Assembly (NCBI GenBank): GCA_051294375.1
Contig: CM119268.1
Span: 12,593,770-12,657,769 of the forward strand
Length of the DNA: 64,000 bases
From: Paraspadella gotoi
Lineage: Eukaryota; Animalia; Chaetognatha
Direction: 5' to 3'
Position numbers and translations under genes: made by a program. The notes beneath the pieces are model-generated. The model was not told the origin of the DNA. It worked only from the letters and a program-made list of their open reading frames with translations, and ran no database searches. Of this stretch, positions 35,790-50,617 are shown piece by piece. The first letter of the stretch is position 1. The number at the start of each line of letters is the position of its first letter.

Positions 35790-38700
35790 TTACTGGGCCA
35801 CGGAACCGGGAACACGGGCGGCCACTTTGCGCCACAACTCGGAGGCGCGCTCAAAAAGCGCCGCCCTTACGAGGGGCCACTGAGCGAGAACGGCGGAAGT
35901 GACACCGTCCACTCCCGCGTCGATCTGAGCTCTGTTGGCGCGATATAAGACAGGGAGAGAAAAGACGGCGACGACGCCGACAACGACGAGGGTCATCAGA
36001 TTGAAGGAATCGCCAACGCAGGCTACCAAGTAGAGCCCTGCGCCGAACTTGAGAGAATCCACGACGTCAGCGACAAAAAACCAGCGACGCAGATGAGACG
36101 CCGCGTCGAAAAAGACGCCAACCGCGTCAATGGCCAAAGAACGCGCATGAGTGGCGCCGCCTATGAGGAAAAGAAAAAGTAAATGCAAAAAATTATTCAA
36201 TTTATTACTAAAAAAAATTAAAGAATGGTATGGTCGACATATTTTGTTTGAATCTTTTAACCTTCTCACTGCCCGTTCGTTATTCTGTTCACTCTCTGTT
36301 TTCTCTCGATGAGAAATAAAGTCACCCTATCCGAAATTCTCTCAACGTTGTTTCTTGCCTTAATGGCATTATTATTAGATAATTATCCATTTTTTTGATG
36401 AAATGATGAGGATTTATTAATACAATAATATAGATTTATGGATGAGATCATTTAAGTAAGTAGACAGAGATTTCAACATGAAACCAAGGTGGAATTTATT
36501 GACAAATATTTCACAAGCAAAGAACGGTGTGAGAGTTTACAGGCAGAATGAATCAATACAAAAATGGTCAGTATTTATACAGAGCCCTCGGATCATCGAC
36601 ATGGGTCCTCTTCCCGACGGCATGAAGCCCCTCTTCTCATTGTTCGATTCCGGAGGTGATTCATCCAATCAGTGAGTTCTTGGTTGATTTCATCCGAGTC
36701 TCTGATCCGGTTTGATTCCGATAAGAATCCGATTCGATTCCTTGGTTTAGATTCCATCTTTGATGAGATTGAAGAGACAGTAATAATTATTGTGTCAGTG
36801 ACAGAACCGTTCAATATAAGGAGTCCCTGAGCTTCGGATCAGGCTGTAACACCGTGTTACAGGCGGGTTAAGCGCCCCTTCCCTCTTAACTGCTAGGCGG
36901 CCACCGGGTTAGAACCCCGGACCTTTGGGTTGGGAGGCGAATGACTTGCCTCCGGCACCAATGGCCGCTGATGAACGGTTGGTGGATTTTAGTCCACCAT
37001 AAAGTTAATGATATAATAAGGGAGTGGTCCATTTCAACAATTGAAGCAGCTCACTTGATTGATAGGGAAGCCAGGTTCTCTGGGAGAGAATAAACTACAG
37101 AAGGCCTCATATTAGAAAATACTCTTTCGTTTTTTTCGAACCGACAAAGTGGATTATGACGCAAAGAAAAATAGAAATAAATTTCATTTGCACGAAAAAA
37201 AATTATTGGTCATTGAATTTACTTTGTCTGACCATTTGTACTAACAAGCCATCCTTTCCTGACAGTTATGCTGGACAAATACATGCAAAATATGATTCGG
37301 CTAGAATGATACAGTAAAATAAAGTGTAAAGTCATATTGTATTAATCCTTTCTTTTCGTTGTTTGAAATATTTAGAGATGTTTTTGGTTTGCAACAAATT
37401 TTATTTATATAAAAGAGACATGTTTCGACTTGTTTTTCAAGCCTTCATTTTATATAAATAAAATTTGTTGCAAACCAAAAACTTTATCAATCTTTAAAGT
37501 GTAAAAGTCGAAATTTGAACTTGATACCTTGTTTCTCTAATTTTTTAAACCTTAAGCTAAAGCTAAGCTAAGCGAAGTTAAGCTTTAGCTAAATGAGTAA
37601 GACGATGGTGACAACTGAAAGTGATATGTCTCTAGATGATGTACAATTTTTCTTTAGGTTTTATTTTGAAATTTAGGAATTATACCAATAGGATAAATTG
37701 AGATACTCCTGCTTCGCAGAAATTTTTATTTAACAAAGCTTGAGGGGTATTGAAGGTGTGAAGTAATAGAGGGAAAAATAATGGTATATTTCGCGAAGAG
37801 GAGAAACGAGAGATTGTATCGCTAGACAAAATATAGCTGGAGGGGACACAGGAGCAGAAAGAAAAGAGAGGAGAGGAGAATTGGACACGGCAGGCTAAAT
37901 CCTCCTCTGCGTCCCCCTTCTTGACCAGGATGTAATGTCCAGGCCCCCAATGGCGTGGCATTACATCGTCATGCTTCCCTCTGGACTAAAAAACAAAGAC
38001 ACAGAACTAAAAAAGTGAGAGAAGTCACAACTAAAACTATTGGATTTCTATCAAAGTTACTATTTAAATAATTAAAAGTTTATTTTTAATTTATGTCACA
38101 GTATTGACAAATTATGCCACTGCACCATGACTGATATTGATTCTTAAAAAAAGGGCAATGGTAAAGTCTGAGCCAAAATTGCAGCAAACTTCTGGCGCAA
38201 CCATGGTCGTAAGTCTATTTCCATCAGTTTAGGGTAAGTATTTTTGCGTTTTCCAAAAACTGGTTGCCTTTTGGTCTTGGAAGAACGTACTCTGAGGGGG
38301 ATATATATTTTTTCACGCAGGTTTGAGGGATCGTGTATTCTTTCCAGGGTCCAGTTCTTTCATTTCTTGATTTTGTTTCCCATTTCTTGACCGGAGACTG
38401 ATAAGAAGCAGGCTTTGATTTTTGTGTTGATTCTTGTTTGAGTGTATTCTTGCAAATGAAGTTTCTCCTTGGATTTTTCCAGCTTGAGTTTCTAACATCA
38501 TTAGCATAGTCTTTGACAGTTGGTAAGTGGGTCTGCACTTGAGAATCAGTCTTGGCACATTGGTTTGTGTTGAAACTGAATCAATAATGATGGCGGTTTG
38601 GGTAGTTTTGGAAGAGGAGGTTGAGTAGTAGCGCGGAGCATAAATACAATATATGATATATGACCTCTTGTGCCCCTTATTTTTTTTGAATTTGAATATT

Positions 38701-39920
38701 ACTATGCCCAAGATAAAAAAATGAAATTCGCTCGCTCAATTTTTTCCGTTAATCGATTTTATAAAGCAATTTGATGCAAAAAAATTTGAAAAAAAATGGT
38801 AAAATTTGACAAAAGAAAGCTGGTTAAGTTCATTTTTGTTGTGAAATATAACTAAAACAAAGAATTTAAACCAGTTTTCATCATAAAATACAAAAAACCT
38901 TTTAATATAATATTGAGTGATTCTAAATGATAAGTATTTTCATAAAAATTGCTAAAAATTAAGCAAAATGGAATAAAGTACCGAGCTACATAACGCAGTC
39001 AAATATAATTTAAAGCTTATAAAAGCTTTTAGTAGCGACATTAAACTTTATACAGCTTATAATAAGCTTATACAGAAAATAATGACTTACCCTTACCTAT
39101 TACCACTCTCCTCCCTTCCTTAGATCGCTTGGCCGATTCAGTCTTTTTTTTTATCAAAATGAAAAAAATTCTCTATGAAATATTGGTAAAATCGTTTTTA
39201 ATAAACACTATTACTTTAAAATTATAACAATAATGACAACTACAACATTTGTTCAGCAAAATTAATTTTGGATCAGAGTTATTTTATGATCATTTTTCTA
39301 AACTTTTATCTATTTTATTTAACTATGGTTATTTTAGTCTGTATCAAGGATGTAAGAATGTAGACGAGCTGGTCAACTAATTTTGCAATGAGGAATAGGT
39401 TTTAATGTTTATATTCAATTATGTCTTCTGCCTTTTTGATGCCCATCCCGACAACATAGTCCATTAATCACCAAATTTTGCTCTCTGGTCTGCAGTGGTT
39501 ATGTTTAAGTCCTGGTCCCGGCCACCATATTGTGCATAAAAAGAAAGCTGTCTTCGCCAGCTTCCTGAATTTCCCATCCCAGATCTGTATAAGCCAACTG
39601 TTGGTGCTTTGTGCAATACTCTTTGTACAGCGCCCCTATACATTGAATCCATCCAGCCCTCTTCTTTGATAGCCGAATTTGTTCATCAATGAAAAATTAA
39701 TTTCTTATTACTAGATTTTATTTAGATTTAATAAACATATTTTTTTATAATTATATCCTTTGATAAGGATAGCTCCAATCAGAATTCAAAAGGATACAGT
39801 TAAACAATTTTTTATTATTTAGCACCTCTAGTATCTCAGAATAGACAATGACAGAAGAAGACGTGACAAAGTCTTACCTTTAAATTATCAGTGGAGATTA
39901 ACCCAAACAACTCTGATCTT

Positions 39921-39961
<41 letters not shown>

Positions 39962-42900
39962 TTTTAATAACTATTTTCATTTACTTAATTTTATTGTTAA
40001 TATCAGTTTTAGTTTTTATCAATCTGTATTTTGTTTCCTGCTTTGTTTTTTATTCATTATATAATTTTTTTAAAAAATAATAAAACAGAGTTTTTAATGT
40101 TTACAAACAATTAATTTTGAAAATATTAAAAATAAACCTCTCATCTCAACTCAATAAAATAAAAGAAAAAAAGAATATCAAACTTGACTTAAAGGCAACA
40201 ATAATGTGAGGTAGTTACTAAGGGTGAAATAGCTGATGCCTTTTGTATCATAAACAATTCCTCTCTTACCTTGGAAGATTTTTTTAACAGGACAATGTCT
40301 TATAATTTATTTTTTTGGTTTATATTAAGAAAGTTTTAAAGATAATTTGACTAAATCATGAATCATTAGTTTCCTGATCGCCTTAGTTTATTATTTTTCT
40401 TTTTTTTTTGTAGTTTAAAAAATGCAAAACTTTATACATTAATTAAAATTATTAGATAAAGTTACTTTTACAAATGAAAACACTTATATATCTCCATATT
40501 TCATATATATTTGAAATAAAACTAATCTGCCTAATCATCTTTCCTATTTTTCAAATTTTTTTGTATTTTTCCAAAAAAATACAATTTTTAAAAAATATTT
40601 TAATAATATTTAAACATTAATTAATCAAGTTTTTTTAACATTTATATAGTTGAAAAGAGTTTTATATACTTGATTTAGCTATATTTTACTTAAATTAATA
40701 ATATTAACCATTTTTATTTTATTTTTTAAATTTACTAATTTTTTTCTATTTTTTTTGCATCTTATTGCATTACAAAATCGATAGAACGGGAAAATTGGCA
40801 AGCGAATTTTTAAATTTTGTCTTAGGGGAATAGTTTTACATATGTTTCAAAAAATTAGGAGGGCACAAGATGTCCTTTTTCCATTTCTTGTATTTACTCC
40901 CGCGCTATTGAGTAGGGTATTTAGTCTGAGTTGATTTATTGCAACTAGCCTTGGGTTTTGAGGTCTGGGTTGAAGCATTGACTTGAGTTGAATAGGTTTG
41001 AGTTGAGGTGGAGACAGTTTGAGTTTTTAAAGGAAGAGGGGACATATGTGTATTCTGCACCAAAGTAAGTAGATCCATTATATTCTTGTCCAGAATTTGT
41101 GGGTTTTGCATTATTAGTATGCAATCTTTTAGAAAAATTCATCAGGTTTCCAAGATGCCAATAATTTCTCCTTTGAGGTCATCAGAATGATTTGATCTTT
41201 AAAGTTTATTGCGGCCATTTTTTTGGATTATGTTCAAGATTTAGGGTAGAAAAGGTATTGGTTTTTCTGGACAGTTATTATAATTTTTCTTTTTTTTTGT
41301 CTTTCAAAAGAGCTAATGTTTTCTTTTTCTTTTAAGAGGTTAAAGTCCAATCTCAACTTTCGCCATTTTCAGTCGCCGAGGAGGGAAGGAGAGAGAGAGA
41401 GAGTTGAAGCGATCTTGTTTTTAGTTGCCAGGTTNNNNNNNNNNNNNNNNNNNNNNNNNAAATCAACTACAAAGAAATTGTATAAAAAGAACCCCCCTAC
41501 TTTATGTTAATTACATGATAACTCTTTCTCTTCTTCTTCACACTGCTTCGTCACACCAAAAAGACTTGGTTAATTTTTCAAAATCCTAAACATCAATCAA
41601 AACTTTGAAACGCTGGCAACTAAAAAACAGATCGGCTTATTCAACTCTCTCCTCTCTCTCCTTCCCTCCTCGGCGACTGAAAATGGCGAAAGTTGAGATT
41701 GGACTTTAACCCTCTTTAAAAGAAAAAGAAAACATTAGCTCTTTTGAAAGACAAAAAAAAAGAAAAAATTATAATAACTGTCCAGAAAAACCAAATACCT
41801 TTTCTACCAACCTAAATCTTGAACATAATCCAAAAAAAATGGCCGCAATAAACTTTAAAGATCAAATCAGTTCTTGATGACCTCAAAGGAGAATATATTG
41901 CATCTTGGAAAACCTGCAATGAATTTTTCTAAAGATTGCCCATACTAATAATGCAAACCCACAAATTCTGGACAAAATATAATGATCTACTTACTTTGGT
42001 GCAGAATACACATATTCCCCTCTTCCTTTTTAAAACTCAAACTGTCCCACCTCAACTCAAACCTATTCACTCAAGTCAATGCTTCACCCAGACCTCAAAA
42101 ACCCAAGGCTAGTTGCAATAATCAACTCAGACTAAATACCCTACTCAATAGCGCGGAGTTAAATACAAAAATGGAAAAGGACATCTTGTGCCCTCCTAAT
42201 TTTTTGAAAACATATGTAAAACTATTCCCTAAGTACAAAAAATTTAAAATTCCGCTTGGCCAATTTTCCCGTTTCTATCGATTTTGTTAATGCAATAAGA
42301 TGCAAAAAAATAGAAAAAAAATAGTAAATTAAAAAATAAAATAAAAATGGTTAATTTATTAAATTTAAGGGTAAAATAATAGCTAAATCAAGTATATAAA
42401 ACTCTTTCAACTATATTTAAATGTTAAAAAAACTTGATTAATTAATGTTTAAATATTATTAAAATATTATTTTAAAAAATTGTATTTTTTGAAAAATACA
42501 AAAAAATTTGGAAAAATAGCGAAAGATGATTAGGCAGATTAGTTTATAATTCAAATATATATGAAAGTATGGAGATATAATAAGTGTTTTCATTTGTAAA
42601 AGTAAACTTTATCTAATTAATTTAATTAATGCTATAAGTTTTGCATTTTTAAACTACAAAAAAAAAAGAAAAATAATAAACTAAGGCGATCAGGAAACTA
42701 ATTAATTCCATGGATTAGTCAAAGAATCTTTAAAACTTTCTTAATATAAACCCAAAAAAAATAAATTATAAGGACATTGTTCCTGTTAAAAAAAATCTTC
42801 CAAGGTAACGAGAGGAATTGTTTATGATACAAAAGCATCAGCTATTTCACCCTTAGTAACTACACTCCACATTATTGTGCCTTTTAAGTCAAGTTTGATA

Positions 42901-43134
42901 TCTTTTTTTCTTTTAATTTTATTGAGTTGAGATGAGAGGTTTATTTTTAATATTTTCAAAAATTAATTGTTTGCTAAACATAAAAACTCTGTTTTATTAT
43001 TTTTTAAAATAATTATATTAATGAATAAAAAAACAAAGGCAGGAAACAAAATACAGGAGTTGATTAAAAACTAAAACTGATTTAACAATAAAATTAAGTA
43101 AATGAAAATAGTTATTAAAAAATGTTTATTATTA

Positions 43135-43165
<31 letters not shown>

Positions 43166-46100
43166 TAAAGATCAGAGAGAGTTGTTTAGTCGCTTTAATC
43201 TCCACTGATAAATTTTAAAGGTAAGACTTTGTTCATCTTCTTTCTTCTGTCATTGTCTATTCATGAGATACTAGAGGTGCTAAATAATAAAAATTGTTAA
43301 CTGTATCCTTTTGAATTCTGATTGCGAGCTATCCTTATTCAAAGGAATATAATTATAAAAAGATATGTTTATTTAAATCTAATAATAAATCTAGTATAAG
43401 AAATTAATTTTCATTGAGTGAACCAAATTCGGCTATCAAAGAAGAGGGCTGGATGGATTCAATGTATAGGGGCAGCTGCTACAAAGAGTATTGCAAACAA
43501 AAGCACCAACAGTTGCTTAACAATCTGGCCGAGGGAAATTCAGGAAGCTGGCGAAGACAGCTTTCTTTTTATGCACAATATTGGTGGCCGACCAGGGACT
43601 TAAGACATAACCAACTGCAAGACCAGAGAGCAAAATTTGGTTGATTAATTGACTATGTGCGGGAATGGGCATCAAAAAGGCAAGAAGACTAATTAATTAT
43701 AAACATTTAAAACCTATTCCTCATTTTGCAAAATTAGTTGACCCAGCTCGTTTCTACATTCATTAACATCTTGTTATACAGACTAAAATTAAACCATAGT
43801 TAAATAAAATAGATAAAAGTTTAGCGAAAAATGATCATAAAATAACTCGATCCAAAATTAATTTTGCTGCCAACAAATTGTTTGTAGTTGTCATTTATTG
43901 TTATAATTTCTTAATAGAATAGTTCTTATTAAAAAACGATTTTACCAATATTTCATAAGAAATTTTTTTCATTTTGCAGAAAAAAAAAGACGCTGATCGG
44001 CCAGAGCGATCTAAGGAAGGAGGAGAGTGGTAATTAGGTAAGGGTAAAGTCATATTTCTTGGTTAAAGCTATTATAAGCTGTATTAAAGTTTAATGTCGC
44101 CTACTAAAAGCTTATAAGCGTTTAAATATAATTTTGACTGCGTTATGTAGCTCCGTACTTATTTTTCCCAATTTTGCTAATTTTTAGCAATTTTTATGAA
44201 AATACTTATTCATTTAGAACACTCAAATATTTATATAAACAGGTTTTTTTGTATTTTATGCGATGAAAAACTGGTTAAATTCTTTGTTTTAGTTATATTT
44301 CACTAAACAAAAAATGACTTAACCAGCTTTCTTTGATGTCAAATTTTACCATTTTTTCAATTTTTTTTGCATCAAATTTGCTTTATAAAATCGCATAGAA
44401 CGAAAATTGAGCGAGCGAATTTCATGTTTTTTTATCTTGGGGCATAGTATTATATCAAAATTCAAAAAAATTAAGGGGGCACAAGAGGTCATATATCATT
44501 ATATTGTATTTATGCTCCGGCCGCACTACTCAACCTCCTCTCCAAAAACTACCCAAACCCGCCTCATTTATTTGATTTCAGTTTCAACACAAACCAATCT
44601 TGCAAGACTGATTTCTCAAGTAATGTGCAGACCCCACTAACAACTGTCAAAAGACTATGCTAATGATGTGAAAACTTCAAGCTCTGGAAAAATCCAAGGA
44701 GAAACTTCATTTGCAAGAAATCAACTCAAACAAGAATCAACACACAAAAATCAAAGCCTGCTTCTTATCAGTCTCACGGTCAAGAAATGGGAAACAAAAT
44801 CAAGAATATGAAAGAACTGGACCCTGCGAAAGAATACACGATCCCTCAAACCTGCGCTGAAAAAATATATATCCCCCCCAAGATACGTGTTCCTCAAGAC
44901 CAAGAAGGCAACCAGTTTTTGGAAAACGCAAATAATACTTACCCTAAACTGATGGAAATAGACTACGACCATGGTTGCGCCAGAAGTTTGCTGCATTTTT
45001 CGGCTCAAGACTTACCATTGCCTTTTTTTAAGAATCAATATCAGTCATTGGTGCAGTGGCATAATTTGTCAATGACTGTGACATAAATTAAAAATAAAAC
45101 TTTTAATTATTTAAATAGTAACTTGATAGAAATCAATTAGTTTAGTTATGTGACTTCTCTCACTTTTTTTAGTTCTGTGTCTTTGTTTTTTAGTCCAGAG
45201 GGAAGCATGACGAAATGTAAATGCCACGCCATTGGGGGCCTGGACATTACATCTTGGTCAAGAAGGGGGACGCCAGAGGAGGATTTAGCCTGCCGTCCAA
45301 ATTCTCCTCTTCCTCTTCTTCTTCTTTCCTCCTCCTGCCCTCAGTATATTTTGTCTAGCGATACAATCTCTCGTTTCTCCTCTTCGCGAAATATACCATT
45401 ATTTTTCCCTCTATTACTTCACACCTTCAATACCCCTCAAGCCTTTGTTAAATAAAAATTTCTGCGAAGCAGGAGTATCTCAATTTATCCTATTGGTATA
45501 ATTCCTAAATTTCAAAAATAAAACCTAAAAAAAATTGTACATCACTCTAGATAACATATCACTTTCAGTTGTCACCATCGTCTTACTCATTTAGCTAAAG
45601 CTTAACTTCGCTTAGCTTAGCTTTAGCTTAAGGTTTAAAAAATTAGAGAAAACAACGGTATCAAGTTCAAATTTCGACTTTTACACTTAGAGAATTGATA
45701 AAGTTTTTCGCGTTTGCAAACAAATTTTATTTATATTAAAATGAAGCTTGAAAAACAAGTACGAAACATGCTCTCTTTTATATAAATTAAAAATAAAAGA
45801 TCTCTCTTAATAGTTATTTTGTAAAATGGTATCTTTTTTTTTTAGATTGTAGTTAGTAAATTTGGTTTATTTTTAAGTTTGTTTTTGGTTGTTAGTGAAG
45901 AAAAATAGTTTTTTTTTATAGAATTTCCGCGGTTTTTTTTTTTTTTTGCTGAGGGTTTGCACAGGAAACTTAATCCACAGGGAGTAGGGTGTCGAACCGC
46001 GAAGAGGGCGTCACTTGAGGGGTATTGAAGGTGTGAAGTAATAGAGGGAAAAATAATGGTATATTTCGCGAAGAGTAAAAACTAGAGAATGTATCGCTAG

Positions 46101-48220
46101 ACAAAATATACTGAGGGGCAGGAGGAGGAAAGAAGAAGAAGAGGAAGAGGAGAATTGGACGGCAGGCTAAATCCTCCTCTGCAAAGATTTGTACTGCGTA
46201 GTTCAAATCCTTATTTCTCCGATGGTAAAAAAAAAATATTTTTTTTGCATAACTTTTGAAAGAATAGAAAGCCCTAATCAAATAAATTTTATAAATTTTA
46301 GACTGGATTTGTTTAAATCTTAGTTAAAAGTAAAACAGTTTTTGGAGTTAAAAATTTCAATGAAGGCATATGAATTTTTTTGTTTTTCTTTCAGTTTTGG
46401 AAAAAGAAAATACTGAAATACATTTTGATTACAAATAAAAATTTTTGACTCCATAAATTTGTAAGTATTTTTCAGTTAAAGTAAAAAAAAAGCAAAAATA
46501 AATATAGTCGCATGATAAAATGTTTTAAGTAAAATTATAAATTAAAAGTTATTTTCAGTTTGATATTAACAGTTTGGATGTCTACCTTTTCTGTGAAAAA
46601 AAATCGTCATTTTTTATTATCTTTTACTGCTTGTTTATCATATTAAAAATTTATTAGATTTAAATATAAACATATTTTTTTAATTGTATTTTATTTCAAG
46701 CTTTTTTAATTTTCTTTATATAAGACATCTAATATTCTCAAATTGAGCAATGCTTTATTTCTTTAAAGATTTTGAAAAAAACTAATTTACTTGACCAATG
46801 GTCATTCAGAATTTTAGTTTTGCATCAAAAATTAAGATATTAAAAAATAAAAAACATCAGATTGTTCCAAAATTGAATGACTTGAATCTGATATTTTTCA
46901 AAATGCAAACTTTCTTTTTCATAGTCTAGATCTAAAATTGTGAACACAAAATTTTTTTTTCGAAAATTGAATTATTTTATCTTCTTCAATAATTAAAAAA
47001 TAATTAAGCGTATTAATCTTGCATAATAAGCAACCAAATTATTATGCACTTTTAAACCTTGAATCCCACACGCTCCATAAGGATATTTAAAAATATTATA
47101 TTGTGGCGAATCCTTAATTCGCCTCCCATATAGCTTGGTGAAACTCGTGAAGCTCGTCCCATTGGCTAGGTACTCGTTCACCAAACGTGAGTTCCGGGTT
47201 CAATCCCCTCACGGTCACGCTGGTTAAAGTGTGATGGTGTCGGCTACACTGTTTTTTTTTAACCATGCAATCGAAAATTTTCACAATCCTGTACAGTTTC
47301 TAGTATAATTTTAAGAGCTTAAAACGATTAACAAAGTCTCGTCAATCAGATTTCGCATTAGACCTACGCACAATTTACCGGAAGTTGGCGTGGACAACAA
47401 TATGTAATTTTTATTTTTACTACAAATGAAAAGTTAGGCAGTAGTTTTTTACTTAGCCTGCAATTAGTATAATTATTTAATAAGTTGGACTGAGACAAAA
47501 AATGTTCAAAAAAGGGTTTTCATCAATAGTGGGCGTGTCCCAAACCGGAAATAGTGCTCGATAATCAATTAAATATGTATTATTAATAGTTTTTTTTCTA
47601 TTCAGACTGCTAATGGTTTTTTACTGTTATATAACAGTTTTATCACAAAGAATTATCATCCATATCATAAAAAAATCCTATCATATTTATCAATTATTAC
47701 ATCTTAAAAAGATTTGTTTTTTAATAGCCAAAGGACTTTTAACTTTAACTGTAAATATTCAAAATTTCATTTCAATTTCATTCAATTAATGAGACTTTGC
47801 TAATTTTAACAATTCCTGGTTTTAATTTTTAATACCCTTTACTAATTTAATTTTTTTCATCAGTAATTTTTTTACTGGCATACCATTTTTTTGTTCAAAA
47901 ACTATAGCCGGAAGTTAGTCCCTTTTTTCATAAAGTTTTATGTAAATCTTTAGAGAGAATACCCTATTATTAAGTTTTTCCAGGTGAAGGAGAAGAGAAA
48001 CAATATCCATGCATCAAAAAGTTAATCAGATTTATAATTTTCTTTTCTTTTCCTTATTGTGGTATTCCTTTCGTTTCGTTGTGTTTTGGTATTTAGCGAA
48101 AACAAAGTTTAGATTTGTACTACAACAATTTTATTTAATAGAAACAGACATGTTTCGACTCTTGTTCGAGTCTTCATCAATGTTTTTGACAGACTATCAA
48201 CACTTTTTGCAAAAGTAAAT

Positions 48221-48263
<43 letters not shown>

Positions 48264-50586
48264 TTAAAGTTTCCAACAAAGTGGTGAGACAGAAGAGTGG
48301 TCAGAGGTGAGGACAGAAGTGAAATGGTCAAACACAGAGAGAGAGAGACAGAGAGAGAGAGAGAAGTAATATGATACATTTTTCTTTTCCTTAAAAAACC
48401 TTTAAATCCAGCAATAAAAAATTATCATTTATATCATTATGTGACATCCTTTCTTTCGTCGCGTTTTTGAATTAGAAAGAAGTTTGAAGTAGTTCAAGCA
48501 ACGATTTTTCTTTAAACAGTGAAAAATGGTTTTTTTTTTCAATATCTATCTCTCTCTCTCTGGCCTAAACTAACCTGTCTTCTTCACCTCGACCTCTATC
48601 CTTTTCTCAAATCTTTGTTTAAAATTTTTCTCTCTCTCTTTCTCTCTCTCTCTTCCCTTACTCTCACTAATTCTCACTGCTCTCTTCCTTTCTCTCCTCT
48701 CTCTCCCAAATATTTTTTGTGAAGTAAAAAAACTGTTGACAATTCTAAATGCGGATGAAGACTTGAATTAAAGGTTGATAGGTTCATAGTAGAATTTACA
48801 AGTTCATTTTTATTACTTTCATGCTAATATTTTGATTCTTATAAACAAATCATTTTTCAAGGCAGTTCTTTTGTATTTTGGCTTCTCTCTCTTTCTCTCT
48901 CTCTCTCCTACATGACTTTTTCTGGAACAAATTTACCTTTACTCTGGACCTGCCCTTAAAAATGATTAGTTCATAAGAATCAAAATGTTTGCAAAAAGTA
49001 AGAAAATTATACTTATAAATCCAACACGAATTGCTTAATACTAAATATTTTTTTATTCCTTAGTTTATATGCTTAATACTAAATCATTATTTCCTGTGAA
49101 AATGATGTTTCTTCAACAAACGAAAAGAATCGCTAGAAAAATCCTGCTGACATTTAGAAAAGATGTTGGTTCTCGCCAAAGTTTCTTATTCCATTTTTAG
49201 TGAAAAAAACCGAATATCACTAAGGAAAAATTTCCTGCAGGTTGTGATTTATGGACTTTTCCACGCCACCATTTTATGTGCGTACCACTCCGGTTCAAAA
49301 ATAAGCTGTTGTTTTTTGAATAAAATGTTTCTAGACTAATTAGTTATTTTTAAGCTTATTTTCCTGTTAAATTATAGACATAGTTCTAATATTTTAATTT
49401 TTTTATTAATTATAAATGTATACATGTATATTACTAAAATTATTAAAATACTTACATTAATATTTCAAACTTAAAAAAAGGAAATATTATTGCATTTTTG
49501 AAAGATTTTTCTAAATACTATTCTTTTTGAATTTAAGTTAAAGCAATAATTCTAAGCTGTTATGTTATAATTCATATAATGTTTTTAAAATATTATTTTA
49601 TTAAGTAAAATATGATCTATAAATAACCTCGAGGGTGGCGCCATTATCCTCGTTTAATAACAATATAAGAACAATTTATAGCCAAATATCTTCAACTACT
49701 TTTGAATAAAAATGAATGAAAGTACAAAATTCAAAATAATCATTTAAAGAAGTAAAAATAAGTTAAAAATAAATATGAATTTATACTAATTTTATGATTG
49801 GGCCAAAAGAAAGAGAAGGGAGGGGGAAAGAGAGATAGAGAGGGGTAAAGTTTTCCAAAACAGAAGTTTGTAGAAAAAATTTGTAGATCACAAAGAACTT
49901 TGACGGCTGATGAGAGCTCAAATTGTGACTGAAATGTTCGTCTAATAATAAAATTGGTTGCAAATAGTATAATTAATTCGTCTCCATTAAAAGCATTAAA
50001 ACGGCGAATTTTAAAGACATGATCAATGTGAAGATGTTTTAGATACAAAGTTTTTTCTTGTTTAAAAACAAATGTAAAGTGAAGCAAAAAATATGGACAT
50101 GTTTCCGCTCTGATTGAGAGCCTTCTTTAGCGCGAATTTGCTTTGTGAAATTTTTTTTTTAATTTTCATGAAGCAAATTCGCGCTCTTATGGAGAGGCCG
50201 AACCATGTCCGGTTGTCCGTATTTTTTTTTCACTTTTCTCTCTTCAGAGCTCAAACGTTGTACCCCGCTTCAAAAACCCGTTTTTTACTGTGAGATAATT
50301 TTGGTCTCACGCTCGCGAAGGAAAACATTCGAACGTTGCCCGTTCCGACTGTCTTACATGGTCCCTCCGGTAGAATTTTGACTAATAAACGTTTTCACGA
50401 GAAAATGAGAAACGTCTTTTCTATTCGGAAGGGGCACGTTCGAAATGTTTACTTTCGCGAGGCGTGAGAACCAAAATATCTCAACACCAATTGTTTTTTA
50501 AAACATAAAAAATAATATTTTCTCTCCTATTTTGTTTTGAATTTTGAATTTATGTATTAAAAATGGACATCTTTTAAGCGCTGAAG

Positions 50587-50617
<31 letters not shown>

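Larger units (their letters stand above)
37739..46181 (-). mobile_element. Same LTR-type element, copy 2 (interrupted by a TIR element and by the mirror duplication)
   Basis: Repeats 37739-37909 and 46014-46181; perfect flanking duplication CAAAG (37734-37738, 46182-46186); purine tract AAGAAGGGGGA just before the 3' repeat (37912-37922); an empty-site-like copy of the host repeat is seen near 23010-23030 (GTACAAATCTTTGTTAAAT). Confidence 0.85.

Noticed and set aside
41982-45455. Third copy of the LTR element and its ORFs on the plus strand
   Set aside because: Part of the noisy mirror duplication; not counted as an independent insertion.
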